A DNA stretch of 64,000 nt, from positions 704,001 to 768,000 of the forward strand of contig CAVRJY010000001.1 of assembly GCA_963721805.1 (NCBI GenBank), given 5' to 3'. The position numbers and the translations under genes are program-made. Numbering within the stretch: the stretch's first letter is position 1; each line of letters starts with the position of its first letter. Below, piece after piece: positions 20,028 to 29,700 of the stretch. The stretch comes from Nitrospirota bacterium. Lineage in GTDB: Bacteria; Nitrospirota; Thermodesulfovibrionia; Thermodesulfovibrionales; JdFR-86. Below the pieces are notes generated by a model. It was not told the DNA's origin, made no database searches, and saw only the letters and a program-made list of their open reading frames with translations.

Positions 20028-20203
20028 ATGCCGTTGACCTTGTGGGGCGCGGGGGGCGACCTTCTTCCGTGCCCCCCGAAAGCGCGCCCAAATCGTCTTC
20101 AGACAAGGCAGGGCAAGAAGACCGCCCGATGGTGTACTGTGACGTACATAGAGGGCGAGTCTTTGAAGCCCAACGAAGTATCAAGCGATTTGGCGCGCTT
20201 TCA
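20028..20203 (-). repeat. Hairpin repeat family copy 2 (type A linker)
   Basis: ATGCCGTTGACC tail, GGGGGGC...GCCCCCC mini-hairpin, long hairpin GAAAGCGCG...GTGTAC-TGTGAC-GTACAT...CGCGCTTTC. Confidence 0.92.
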
Positions 20204-20233
20204 CTACCTGCCAGTATGGTAAAATCCTAAGTT

Positions 20234-21196
20234 ATGAAATATAAGCCAGTCTCGCTGAAGAAGATTAAAACCTATCCCGTCTCTGCTCGTAAGAGCAAGG
20301 TGCGTGCCGACCTGTTAGCCCGTCCCCACGCCCCCGGCTCTACGTTCCCGGAGTTCTTGGCTACGCTGCCTGACGTGCTGGGCGCGCGTGACCTGAAGGC
20401 GGTGGCAGCCGCCATAGCCAAGGCCCGCGCAGATGGGCGGCCCGTCGTGCTGGGTATGGGCGCGCACCCGATCAAGGTCGGCCTCTCGCCGCTGATCATC
20501 AACCTGATGGAGCTTGGCGTGATAACCGCGCTCGCGACCAACGGGGCCGCGATAGTTCACGACTTCGAGCTCTCATACGCCGGGCATACCTCGGAGGACG
20601 TCGCGGAGGCGCTCGCGGACGGCAGCTTCGGGATGGCGCGCGAGACAGGGGCGCTCCTAAACGCTGCGATCAAGAAGGGCGTCAAGGACGGCCTCGGCAT
20701 CGGCCACGCAGTCGGACGCATGATCGACGAGGGCGGGAAAAAGTTCCCGCACAAGGACCTGAGCATATTCGGCGCGGCATGGAGGCTCGGGCTTCCGGCC
20801 ACGGTGCACGTCGCGGTCGGGACGGACATCATACACATGCACCCGGCCGCGGACGGCGCGGCGATAGGCGAGGGCAGCCACACGGATTTTAAGCTCTTCG
20901 CCGCGGTCGTAGGCGACCTCGAGGGCGGGGTGTACATCAACCTCGGCTCTGCTGTGCTGATGCCGGAGGTTTTTTTGAAGGCGCTCTCGGTTGCGCGCAA
21001 CCTCGGCCATCCGGTGAGGCGGCTTACGACCGTGAACATGGACTTCATCCAGCACTACCGCACGAGAGAGAACGTGCTGAGGCGGCCGACGATGCTCGGC
21101 GGCGCGTCATACGCCCTCACCGGCCACCACGAGATAATGTTCCCGCTGCTTGGGGCGGCGGTCATGGAGGATATAGCCCGTGATTCCAAAGGTTGA
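20234..21196 (+). CDS. Deoxyhypusine-synthase-like conserved protein
   Basis: GMGAHPIKVGLSPLIINLM...ATNGAAIVHDFE, GSAVLMPEVFLK, GHHEIM resemble the DHS-like fold; function uncertain. Confidence 0.6.
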   Translation: MKYKPVSLKKIKTYPVSARKSKVRADLLARPHAPGSTFPEFLATLPDVLGARDLKAVAAAIAKARADGRPVVLGMGAHPIKVGLSPLIINLMELGVITALATNGAAIVHDFELSYAGHTSEDVAEALADGSFGMARETGALLNAAIKKGVKDGLGIGHAVGRMIDEGGKKFPHKDLSIFGAAWRLGLPATVHVAVGTDIIHMHPAADGAAIGEGSHTDFKLFAAVVGDLEGGVYINLGSAVLMPEVFLKALSVARNLGHPVRRLTTVNMDFIQHYRTRENVLRRPTMLGGASYALTGHHEIMFPLLGAAVMEDIARDSKG

Positions 21197-21374
21197 CCAG
21201 GAGACCTGCATCGGCTGCGGCCGCTGCGAGGAGATATGCCCGGCCGTGTTTCACGTCGATGAAGAGCTCGGCAAGTCGCAGGTGATCGACCCGGAGGCCT
21301 GCGAGTACGCCGGCTGCTGCGAGGCCGCCGAGGAGAACTGCCCGGTCTCGGCCATCTCCCTCGTCGAGGAATAA
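21180..21374 (+). CDS. Small ferredoxin
   Basis: CIGCGRCEEICP...CPVSAI. Confidence 0.88.
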   Translation: MIPKVDQETCIGCGRCEEICPAVFHVDEELGKSQVIDPEACEYAGCCEAAEENCPVSAISLVEE

Positions 21375-22111
21375 TGCTCGACTACACCGGCCACATGCGC
21401 CGCGCCCTTGGCGTGCTCGGCCGAAACTACCAGCTCGGGCTGCCGACCGCGATAGCGAGCTTCTGCGTCGCGTTCGCGACGATACCGCTGATGGCCGACA
21501 CCGAGAACCTGACCACTATAGCCTGGGTCTCGTTCATCGGATTAGGCGTGAGCTTCTTCGCGCAGGGCGTGACGATGGCCATGGCGCTTGAGGCGATCCG
21601 CACCGGGAGCACCTCGCTGCGCTCCGGAGGGCAGCACGCGATGCGGCTGCTCGGGCCGCTATTGGGCACGTCGATCTGGATGTCGGCGCTCGTCATCGCC
21701 GGGCTGATGCTGTTTATCGCCCCGGGGCTCATCATCTACTGCATGCTGTTCTTCGCGCTCCCGGCAGTCGCGGTCGAGGGCCTGGGCCCCCATGCCGCGT
21801 TTCGGCGGAGCATCGACATCGTGCGCGGCAACAAGCGCGACTCGCTCATGGTATTTATGTGGATCACCTCGCTGGGGCTGATACTGGGCGGGATCAGCAT
21901 CGTCATCGGCACCATCCCGGTTGCGGGCCAGCTGTTTGCGATCATAATGTCCGCGGCGTTTGCCGGGTTCATGTCCGTGGTGCTCGTCACGGCTTTTTTA
22001 GAACTGGCGACCGCTTCAGCCAAGGGGCCGGCCCCTCCGCCTGACGCCATAGCGTGCGCAGCAGCGTTCGCCCGGTGTGATAAACTGAAATCATGTCGAT
22101 TATCGTCCTGA
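21374..22111 (+). CDS. Hypothetical membrane protein
   Basis: Multi-TM ORF translationally coupled to the ferredoxin; LFIAPGL...AAFRRSIDIVRGN. Confidence 0.7.
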   Translation: MLDYTGHMRRALGVLGRNYQLGLPTAIASFCVAFATIPLMADTENLTTIAWVSFIGLGVSFFAQGVTMAMALEAIRTGSTSLRSGGQHAMRLLGPLLGTSIWMSALVIAGLMLFIAPGLIIYCMLFFALPAVAVEGLGPHAAFRRSIDIVRGNKRDSLMVFMWITSLGLILGGISIVIGTIPVAGQLFAIIMSAAFAGFMSVVLVTAFLELATASAKGPAPPPDAIACAAAFARCDKLKSCRLSS

Positions 22112-22863
22112 CCAACGACGACGGCTTGCACGCCAGCGGGCTCGTGGCCCTGATGGACGAGATGCGCAAGGCCCATGAGATATGCGTCTTCGCGCCCGAC
22201 CGCGAGCGCTCGGCATCGAGCCATTCCTTCACGCTCGACCGCCCGTTGAGGGTCAACCGCATCGAGGAGGGCGTATACAGCATCAGCGGCACCCCCACCG
22301 ACTGCGTAGCCGTAGGGATATCGAAGGTCCTGGGGCGCAGGCCCGCGCTATTGATCTCGGGCATCAACGCCGGGGCGAACCTCGGCGACGACGTGACATA
22401 CTCCGGCACGGTCTCGGCCGCAATGGAGGGCACGATCCTGAACATCCCGTCCATCGCGGTATCGCTCTATACCGAGCCCGGCGAGACCGTGATGCACTTC
22501 GATTCGGCCGCGCGGGTGGCCGCGATGGCGGCCGACTACGTGCTCGAATACTCGCTCCCCTATGACACGCTCCTTAACGTCAACGTCCCGAACCGCCCGT
22601 ACGCTGAGCTTTCGGGCGTGCGCTTCACGCGTCAGAGCAAGCGCATGTACGAGGACTCGATCAAGGAGACGGTCTCGCCGTGGGGCGAGACGTTTTTCTG
22701 GATAGGCGGAGGGCAGCCGGTCTGGGAGCGTGGCGGGGACACAGATATCGCGGCCGTGCGCGCGGGCTTCGTATCGGTGACGCCGCTACATCTGGACCTC
22801 ACGAACCACGGCGCGCTGGAATACCTGAGGCAGCGATGGAAGCCGACGATTACGCCCGGCTGA
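22093..22863 (+). CDS. surE: 5'/3'-nucleotidase SurE
   Basis: LTNDDG, GTPTDCV, SGINAGANLG, YSGTVSAA. Confidence 0.96.
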   Translation: MSIIVLTNDDGLHASGLVALMDEMRKAHEICVFAPDRERSASSHSFTLDRPLRVNRIEEGVYSISGTPTDCVAVGISKVLGRRPALLISGINAGANLGDDVTYSGTVSAAMEGTILNIPSIAVSLYTEPGETVMHFDSAARVAAMAADYVLEYSLPYDTLLNVNVPNRPYAELSGVRFTRQSKRMYEDSIKETVSPWGETFFWIGGGQPVWERGGDTDIAAVRAGFVSVTPLHLDLTNHGALEYLRQRWKPTITPG

Positions 22864-23489
22864 GAGAGCGCATGGTCGACGAGCAGCTCGTCGCGCGCGG
22901 GATCGCGGACGAGCGCGTGCTCGCGGCGATGCGGCGGGTGCCGCGACATCTCTTCGTCCCCGAGGGGACCAGGCGCTTTGCATACGAGGACGGCGCGCTG
23001 CAGATCGGCGACGGGCAGACGATTTCGCAGCCCTACATGGTCGCGGTGATGACCGAGCTGCTCGCCGTCAAGGGCGGCGAGAAGGTGCTCGAGGTAGGCA
23101 CGGGATCGGGCTATCAGGCCGCGGTGCTCGCGGAGCTCGGGGCCGAGGTCTTCACTATAGAGCGCATCGCCGAGCTTTCGAGGAAGGCCGAGGCGCTGCT
23201 GAAGGGCGCGGGGTATGAGCACGTGCACTGCGTATTCGGAGACGGCACGCTCGGGATGCCGGAGCATCAGCCCTTCGACCGCATCATAGTCACGGCCGGG
23301 ACGCCTGATGTGCCGCGCCCGCTCAAGGAGCAGCTCGCGATGGGCGGGATACTGCTCGCCCCGGTCGGGGACATGTACAGCCAGCAGCTTATTAAGCTCA
23401 TCAAGTCCCCTGCGGGCTTCACGCAGGAGCATCACACGCCCTGCGCCTTCGTCCCCCTGATAGGCGAGTTCGGCTGGCGCAGCACCTGA
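22836..23489 (+). CDS. pcm: Protein-L-isoaspartate O-methyltransferase
   Basis: VPRHLFV, GQTISQPYMVA, LEVGTGSGYQAA; follows surE. Confidence 0.95.
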   Translation: MEADDYARLRERMVDEQLVARGIADERVLAAMRRVPRHLFVPEGTRRFAYEDGALQIGDGQTISQPYMVAVMTELLAVKGGEKVLEVGTGSGYQAAVLAELGAEVFTIERIAELSRKAEALLKGAGYEHVHCVFGDGTLGMPEHQPFDRIIVTAGTPDVPRPLKEQLAMGGILLAPVGDMYSQQLIKLIKSPAGFTQEHHTPCAFVPLIGEFGWRST

Positions 23490-25363
23490 TCGAGCCTCCG
23501 AAGCTCCGCGGCCGGCGGCCCGCCGGGCCCGAAGCGCGTGAGTTCGTATAGCGCGATGAACTCCTCGGCGGCCGGCCTGTCGAAGCCGGCCCTGGTCGCC
23601 TCGGCGAGCACCTCGCGCGGGGTCGAGCTCTCGGTGATATTTCCGCCGCGCCTGCGCACCCTGTCTCGGAAGCTCACGTAGAGCCTGCTTTCCGGCCTGA
23701 GCCGCCTGCGCCTGAGCGCGCCCCGGACGAGCATCGCAAGCAGGCCGCAGAGCAGCGCTATGGCTATGACCCGCGCGGTCGCCGCCCATCCGGCGCGATA
23801 AGAGGCGGCCATGTGCGGGAGCGCCATGAGCGGGACCATCAGGTAGCGCAGGGCCGCGATCTGCTGGATCGGGCTGAAGTCCACGACGTAGCGGTACCAC
23901 GCCATCTTTATCGAGTCCAGCAGCAGTCCGCCCGGCGGGTGCTGAGCCACCACCGGGGTGGGATCGAACCTGACCCATACGCCGCCGACCGCGGCCTCGA
24001 CCCAGGAGTGCGCGTCGTTCTGCCGGACTATCAGATAGTTGCCGAGCGCGTTTGGCTGGCCGCCGCGGAAGCCCGAGACGACCCTCGTCGGCACCCCGAC
24101 GGCCCGGAGCATCACGGCCATCGCGGTGGCGAAGTGCTCGCAGTACCCGCGCTTCGACTCGAACAGGAATTCCTCAAGCGGGCTCAACCCGGCCCTCGGG
24201 CGGGGGGTGTTGAGGTCGTACCGGTAGTTGGCCTTGAGGTAGGTCTCGAGCGCGCGCGCCTTCGCTGCGGCATCGGGCGCGCCGCCGGCGACCCGCTTCG
24301 CGAGTTCGTATACGCGGTCCAGCCCCCGCGGCAGCTGCAGATATCGGCCGAGATTGGCCCCGGTCTGGAATGGCATGTCCGAGGACCTGACCGTATACGT
24401 GAGCCTGCGCCCGGCGCGCTCGGGCATACGCACGCACCCGGCCGGATCCACATACACCGTGCGTGCCGGTGCGGCGACTGACGATATCCTCCCGAGCCCG
24501 AATATCACGTCCGTGTCTATCGGCTCGGAGACGACCTTCTGGACGGTGGGATAGATGGACTCCTTCATGAGCAGGTGGAATACGCCTGAGGAGGGTATTA
24601 CGAGTTCGCCGCCCAGCAAGGTGTTGTGCCAGACCGCGCCGTCGAAGAAGTCGTGCGTGACACCCCGCCAGTATAGCGGCTGTTTGGTGCCGGATATCTC
24701 GACGCGCATCACGACCGTCTCGTCCGAGAGGACGTCTCCATAACTGCTGATGTCCACGTTGTCCGCAAACCCCACGGTCTTGACCGCCTTCTGCTTCTTC
24801 TGCCCGAAGAGCCCGTGCGGGACGCGCGGCAGCACGACGAACAGCACCGCGGTCATGCACATCACCGCTGCGGCAGTCACCGCGAGCACGCGCCAGAACC
24901 CCGACGTCCCGCGCCCCATCCTGATGAAGTGCGAGAGCACGAACGCCGCGACCATCAGCGCGGTGAACAGCACGAAGAGCGCCCCGACGAGGATAGACTG
25001 ATTAAGCTCGGAGGTAATCACGAGCTGCAGCAGCGACATGAAGAACACCTGCGGCGGGTCCCATTCGTTTTTGAGGTCGAAGCTCTTGACCGCCTGAAAC
25101 AGCAGCGTCAGGTGCCCGATAGCGACTAATGCGTCCCTGGAAATATAAAACACGTCCGGGACGAGTGCCGCGAGCACGACGAGCGAGAGCGCGTCGATCA
25201 GCCACCTGGGGGCCTGCCTGAGCCCCCGCAGGTGCCTGTAGTACCCGGCGAATACGGCCGAGGCAGGCAAGAGGAATACCGGGTTCATCTGGCCCGTGAG
25301 CACGAGGCTCAGGCCCCCGGTCAGGGCCATCAGCGCCGTCAGCGTCTTATATGGCAGAGGCAT
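23432..25363 (-). CDS. DUF3488/transglutaminase-like (TgpA) membrane protein
   Basis: YWRG, GYCEHFATAMAVMLR, AHSWVE, FDPTP. Confidence 0.9.
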   Translation of the reverse strand: MPLPYKTLTALMALTGGLSLVLTGQMNPVFLLPASAVFAGYYRHLRGLRQAPRWLIDALSLVVLAALVPDVFYISRDALVAIGHLTLLFQAVKSFDLKNEWDPPQVFFMSLLQLVITSELNQSILVGALFVLFTALMVAAFVLSHFIRMGRGTSGFWRVLAVTAAAVMCMTAVLFVVLPRVPHGLFGQKKQKAVKTVGFADNVDISSYGDVLSDETVVMRVEISGTKQPLYWRGVTHDFFDGAVWHNTLLGGELVIPSSGVFHLLMKESIYPTVQKVVSEPIDTDVIFGLGRISSVAAPARTVYVDPAGCVRMPERAGRRLTYTVRSSDMPFQTGANLGRYLQLPRGLDRVYELAKRVAGGAPDAAAKARALETYLKANYRYDLNTPRPRAGLSPLEEFLFESKRGYCEHFATAMAVMLRAVGVPTRVVSGFRGGQPNALGNYLIVRQNDAHSWVEAAVGGVWVRFDPTPVVAQHPPGGLLLDSIKMAWYRYVVDFSPIQQIAALRYLMVPLMALPHMAASYRAGWAATARVIAIALLCGLLAMLVRGALRRRRLRPESRLYVSFRDRVRRRGGNITESSTPREVLAEATRAGFDRPAAEEFIALYELTRFGPGGPPAAELRRLDQVLRQPNSPIRGTKAQGV

Positions 25364-26351
25364 CTATCAGCACCTCGCACGATGGCGCGAGCCCGCCGAG
25401 CGTCGAGTTGGCGCTCTTGAGCACGCCGATCCGCAGGCCGTGGATCGCCTCGGCGTCGAGCGTGCAGGCGCCGCCGCCGGATTCCCCGGCCACCGCGAGT
25501 TCGTCGAGCATGCGGTATAGGTTCTCCTCACCGCTTGCCGGGGGGATGAGCCCGCGGCACGTAGCCAGCCCCACGGGGCGGCCCTCGCGGCAGTGGCGTA
25601 CAGCGAGCGATGCCGCGACCGAGACCGCCTTCTCGAACGCCTCCGGCGCGACGGGAGCCGCATCGTCCAGGATTATGCAGATCGCCTCGTGCATGTCCTC
25701 GGCGAACTCCCTGAGCATCAGGCGTCCGGTGCGCGCGCTCACCTTCCAGCTTACGCGCCTGACGTCGTCCCCGAAGCGGAACTCGCGCAGGCCGAAGAGG
25801 TCGTCCCCTTCGCCTTGCATGATGTGCGCGCTCCCCTCGCTTCGGCCCTCGGCGAGCGCCGTCTCCGGCAGGTCGATCAGCCGGGGGTATACGGTCAGCG
25901 GCCCGGCGGCCCTTGCCTTCGACCGCCCGCTGAAGAAGATGAACGGGAAGAAGCTCCCTGCCCTTATGCCTCCGGCCCCGGGATATACGCCGCGCTTGGG
26001 GAATTTGAAGACTGCCGCTGAGGTCGCGCCTGCTCGCGGCCCGACCCGCATGATCGAGCCTCCGCCCTCGGCGTCGGCCCCAAGTTGCAGCGAGTATGCC
26101 GGGAGGATGCGCCTGGTGTTTCTTACGGTGACGTCGATGGTCGCGTCCTCGCCGGCGTATACCGGGCCTCGCGGCGAGGCCGAGATCTCAAGCCCGCGCA
26201 GGTTCAGGGGCAGCGCCACCGCCGCGACGAGCAGGAGCGAGAGTTCGATCCCCAGCAGGATGTAGATGAGGTTGTTGCCGGTGTTCAGGGCCGCAAGCGC
26301 GATCAGCACCGCGGTGAGTATGATCCGCCATCCCTCCTTGGTGGGACGCAA
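25347..26351 (-). CDS. DUF58 protein
   Basis: LREFRFGDDVRRVSWKVSAR; standard MoxR-DUF58-transglutaminase operon. Confidence 0.88.
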   Translation of the reverse strand: MRPTKEGWRIILTAVLIALAALNTGNNLIYILLGIELSLLLVAAVALPLNLRGLEISASPRGPVYAGEDATIDVTVRNTRRILPAYSLQLGADAEGGGSIMRVGPRAGATSAAVFKFPKRGVYPGAGGIRAGSFFPFIFFSGRSKARAAGPLTVYPRLIDLPETALAEGRSEGSAHIMQGEGDDLFGLREFRFGDDVRRVSWKVSARTGRLMLREFAEDMHEAICIILDDAAPVAPEAFEKAVSVAASLAVRHCREGRPVGLATCRGLIPPASGEENLYRMLDELAVAGESGGGACTLDAEAIHGLRIGVLKSANSTLGGLAPSCEVLIDASAI

Positions 26352-26386
26352 TTTAGCGCCAACCTCTCATTAAGAGGTTGCCTTCT

Positions 26387-27325
26387 TTAGACCGGGACCG
26401 CTATGCGCCCGACGATATCGCGCACCACGTCCTCGGCCTCCGCGATATACGCCTGCCGCCTGAGGATGATGCGGTGGCCGAGCACATAGGGTGCGGTGTC
26501 CTTGATGTCCGAGGCGACCACGAACCCGCGCCCGGCGCAGTACGCGCGCGCCCGGGCCAGGGCGAGCAGGAAGCGCGCGCCTCTCGTGCTCGAGCCCAGC
26601 CGCACGCGCTCGTCCGTGCGCGTGGCCGCGACCGCCTCCATCAGGTAGTCAAGCAGGCTGTCCTCGATCCCGACCGAAGCGGCCTCGTCCTGCATGCGCA
26701 TGACGTCGGAGGCCGATATTACCGGCTCCATGGCCTCGATGTCCTCGAAGTCCTTGCCCTCCAGCAGCGCGAGCTTCTCGTCCGCGGCCGAGGGGTAGCC
26801 GAGCTTCATGTGCATCGCGAAGCGGTCGAGCTGGCTTTCGGGTAGCGGGAAGGTGCCCCGGTATTCGATAGGGTTTTGGGTGGCTATCACCATAAACGGC
26901 TCGGGCAGCATGTGCGTCGTCCTATCCAGCGTGACGCGCCGCTCGCTCATGGCCTCCAGGAGCGCGGACTGCGTCTTGGGGGTAGTGCGGTTGATCTCGT
27001 CGGCGAGCACGATGTTCGCGAAGACAGGGCCGGGGCGGAACTCGAAGTCCCGCGTATCGGGGTTCAGGATGCTTACGCCGAGTATGTCGGAGGGGAGCAT
27101 GTCGCTCGTAAACTGTATCCGCTGAAAGGTGCAGTTTACGGCCTTGGCCAGCGCGAAGGCGAGCGTGGTCTTGCCCACGCCGGGCACGTCCTCGATCAGC
27201 AGGTGCCCCCGGCCCAGCAGGGTCGCGACCGCGAGCCTCACGGCCTCGGGCTTGCCCCTGATTATCGAGTTGAGGCGCGCCTCGAGCGCGGCGAGCCCCG
27301 TGTATGAGACGGTTTCGGTTCCCAT
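26387..27325 (-). CDS. MoxR-family AAA+ ATPase
   Basis: EDVPGVGKT, RIQFTSDMLPSD, DEINR, ATQNP, PLPESQLDRF. Confidence 0.94.
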   Translation of the reverse strand: MGTETVSYTGLAALEARLNSIIRGKPEAVRLAVATLLGRGHLLIEDVPGVGKTTLAFALAKAVNCTFQRIQFTSDMLPSDILGVSILNPDTRDFEFRPGPVFANIVLADEINRTTPKTQSALLEAMSERRVTLDRTTHMLPEPFMVIATQNPIEYRGTFPLPESQLDRFAMHMKLGYPSAADEKLALLEGKDFEDIEAMEPVISASDVMRMQDEAASVGIEDSLLDYLMEAVAATRTDERVRLGSSTRGARFLLALARARAYCAGRGFVVASDIKDTAPYVLGHRIILRRQAYIAEAEDVVRDIVGRIAVPV

Positions 27326-27434
27326 TATGAAAATATAGCATTAATCGCATAGGTTTTGAACCGGCGCGGGCTGCCGCCCCGCAGTGTTTATGTTATACTT
27401 TCCGCAGAAGATGCCTTATGTATAAGGGGGCTGC

Positions 27435-27737
27435 TTGAACGTACAGGTCGACAACCTCGAGCCGGGCATGAAGCTCGCCAGGGACATCACGAACGAATCT
27501 GGGATGGTGCTCATCGTGCGCTCTACCCTGCTGACGCCCGAGCTCATCAAGCGCCTGCAGGGCATGGCTATAGACAGCGTCAGCATCGTCGCGCCCGGAA
27601 GCTCGATGCCGCCCAAGGACCGCATCTTCGCCGAGCTCCAGAAGCGCTTCTCCAAGACCAACGGGGACCCGAACATGGACCACCTCCGCCAGCTCTTCGA
27701 GGCCCGGCTGGACGAGCTCTACAGGGACGCCCCGTGA
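27435..27737 (+). CDS. Hypothetical protein upstream of the HDOD gene
   Basis: LEPGMKLARDITNESGMVL resembles N-termini seen on HD-GYP proteins; 4-nt overlap with the next gene. Confidence 0.65.
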   Translation: MNVQVDNLEPGMKLARDITNESGMVLIVRSTLLTPELIKRLQGMAIDSVSIVAPGSSMPPKDRIFAELQKRFSKTNGDPNMDHLRQLFEARLDELYRDAP

Positions 27738-28573
27738 AGGACGCCCGCATACTGCGCGAAGAGATCGAGAACATCGACACGCTCCCGACGATCCCAAGCG
27801 TGCTGCAGCGCCTCCTGCGCGTCATCGAAAACCCCAAGGTCTCCCTTAACGAGATCAGCAATACGATACTCAGCGACCCGGTACTGACCTCGCGCGTGCT
27901 GAAGCTCGTAAACTCGCCTATATACGGCTTCCCCGGCAGGATCAGCTCGCTCACTCAGGCCCTGATACTGCTCGGCCTCAACGTGGTCAGGGGCATGCTG
28001 CTCGGCGTATCGGTGTTCGAGGCCATGGAGATGACTATGACCGGGCTTTGGAAGCACTCGCTCGGCTGCGCCGTGACGGCGCGCCTCGTGGCGAAGCGCG
28101 TCGGGGCCTCCGAGCCCGAGGAGATCGCGGTCGCGGCCCTGCTGCACGACATCGGCAAGGTCGTGCTCAAGCTCAAGTATCCCGAGGACTACTCTGCGGT
28201 GATCAAGAGGACCGAGGAGTCCGGGATGTACATAGTCGAGGTCGAGAAGGAGATATTCCATATCACGCACGCCGACGCCGGCTCGTGGATAGCGCAGAAG
28301 TGGAACTTCCCCAAGCACCTCGTCGAGGCCATAGCATATCACCACAAGCCTCAGATCGCCCGAAACGTCCCGATGCACGCCGCCATAGTGCACTTCTCCG
28401 ACGCGCTCGTGCGGGCCAAGGGCTTCGGGTTTTCCGGCGACCCCTACGTGCCGCAGGTCCACCCGGCGGCCTGGAAGCTCCTGAACCTCTCCGACGGGGA
28501 GGTCATGGACCTGCTTCGGGAGCTCGACGACGCCCTGAGCGTGGCCGAAGACACGATCCTGAGCGATGACTAA
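27734..28573 (+). CDS. HDOD domain protein
   Basis: LPTIP, DPVLTSRVLKLVNSPIYG, LWKHS, LLHDIGK, IAYHH; GTG start at 27734. Confidence 0.9.
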   Translation: MKDARILREEIENIDTLPTIPSVLQRLLRVIENPKVSLNEISNTILSDPVLTSRVLKLVNSPIYGFPGRISSLTQALILLGLNVVRGMLLGVSVFEAMEMTMTGLWKHSLGCAVTARLVAKRVGASEPEEIAVAALLHDIGKVVLKLKYPEDYSAVIKRTEESGMYIVEVEKEIFHITHADAGSWIAQKWNFPKHLVEAIAYHHKPQIARNVPMHAAIVHFSDALVRAKGFGFSGDPYVPQVHPAAWKLLNLSDGEVMDLLRELDDALSVAEDTILSDD

Positions 28574-29492
28574 CGACCAGCCCTCGATAACCGTTATCTC
28601 AAGGGACGAGGGGTTCAAGGACATGGTCTCCGGCCTGCTCGGAGACAGGTACGTGCTCGTCAACTTCCCTGACATCCAGACCTCGATAGACTATATCTAC
28701 AACTCGCTGCCGAGCATGGTCCTGATCCACCTGCTCAAGGACGACCGCCTCTCTCCCTCGATACTCAAGGCCTTCAAGAGCGACCCGATATTCTCTCAGC
28801 TCCCGGTGCTCGGCGTGCTGGAGGACGGCTACGTAATCCCCTCATGGGACTTCCTGCTGGTGGACGATTTCATCCGGGGCATCGACGTGGTGGCGGACCT
28901 CTCGCTGCGCGCGGACCTCTGCGTAAAGCGCTCCGAGCGCATGGTGGACGTAAGCCCCCTGACCAAACTTCCGGGCAATATCGCGATATTAAAGCAGGTC
29001 CAGAGCAGGCTCTCGCGCGGCGAGAAGTTCGCGCTCGCCTACTGCGACCTGGACCACTTCAAGCCCTTCAACGACCGCTACGGCTTCGGCCGCGGAGATG
29101 AGGTCATAAAGATGCTCGGCCGCCTGATCCTCAACAGCGTGTTAGAGGCCCAGCCCGTAGGTAGCTTCGTCGGCCACATCGGAGGAGACGACTTCATCTT
29201 CATCACCGAGACCGCGGTCGCGGACCAGACCGCGCACAGCATCACGGAGTTCTTCGACAACATCATCCCGACCTTCTATGACCAGGCGGACAACGAGGCC
29301 GGCTGCATCGCCTCGGTCGACCGCGAGGGCAAGCAGCGCCAGTTCCCGATCATGAGCCTCTCGATAGGCATCGCGCACAACCTGAGCCGGAGCTTCATAC
29401 ACTTCGGGGAGATGGCCGAGGCGGCGTCGGAGATGAAGAAGTATGCTAAGAACCACGAAGGCAGCTTCGTGGTGATGGACAGACGCAGGTAG
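28566..29492 (+). CDS. GGDEF-domain protein (GGDDF) with degenerate receiver
   Basis: PLTKLPGN, DLDHFKPFNDRYGFGRGD, HIGGDDF. Confidence 0.88.
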   Translation: MTNDQPSITVISRDEGFKDMVSGLLGDRYVLVNFPDIQTSIDYIYNSLPSMVLIHLLKDDRLSPSILKAFKSDPIFSQLPVLGVLEDGYVIPSWDFLLVDDFIRGIDVVADLSLRADLCVKRSERMVDVSPLTKLPGNIAILKQVQSRLSRGEKFALAYCDLDHFKPFNDRYGFGRGDEVIKMLGRLILNSVLEAQPVGSFVGHIGGDDFIFITETAVADQTAHSITEFFDNIIPTFYDQADNEAGCIASVDREGKQRQFPIMSLSIGIAHNLSRSFIHFGEMAEAASEMKKYAKNHEGSFVVMDRRR

Positions 29493-29510
29493 GGTTCTGT
29501 CGCTTCGCTG

Positions 29511-29677
29511 GAAAGACGCGCTAAATACGCGTGATACTGCGTCAGTGCTTCAAAGACACGCCCTCGGAGTACGTCTCAGTACACCGTCGGGCGGTCTTCT
29601 CGCCCTTCCTTGTCTGACGCGATTTATCGCGCTTTGGTGATACGCGCAGGGTCAAGCGCGAGCGGTCAACGGCATTG
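29511..29677 (+). repeat. Hairpin repeat family copy 3 (type B linker)
   Basis: GAAAGACGCGCTAAAT...GAGTAC-GTCTCA-GTACAC...ATTTATCGCGCTTT then GCGCGAGCGGTCAACGGCATTG. Confidence 0.92.
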
Positions 29678-29700
29678 GAAAAACTTTATGGTTATAAGGG

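Noticed and set aside
20042..20230. Small ORFs 20042..20230 and 55491..55727 sharing QEDRPMVYCDVHRGRV
   Set aside because: They are translations of the hairpin repeat. The ATG and frame are not kept in copies 3-5, and copy 7 stops after a few codons.
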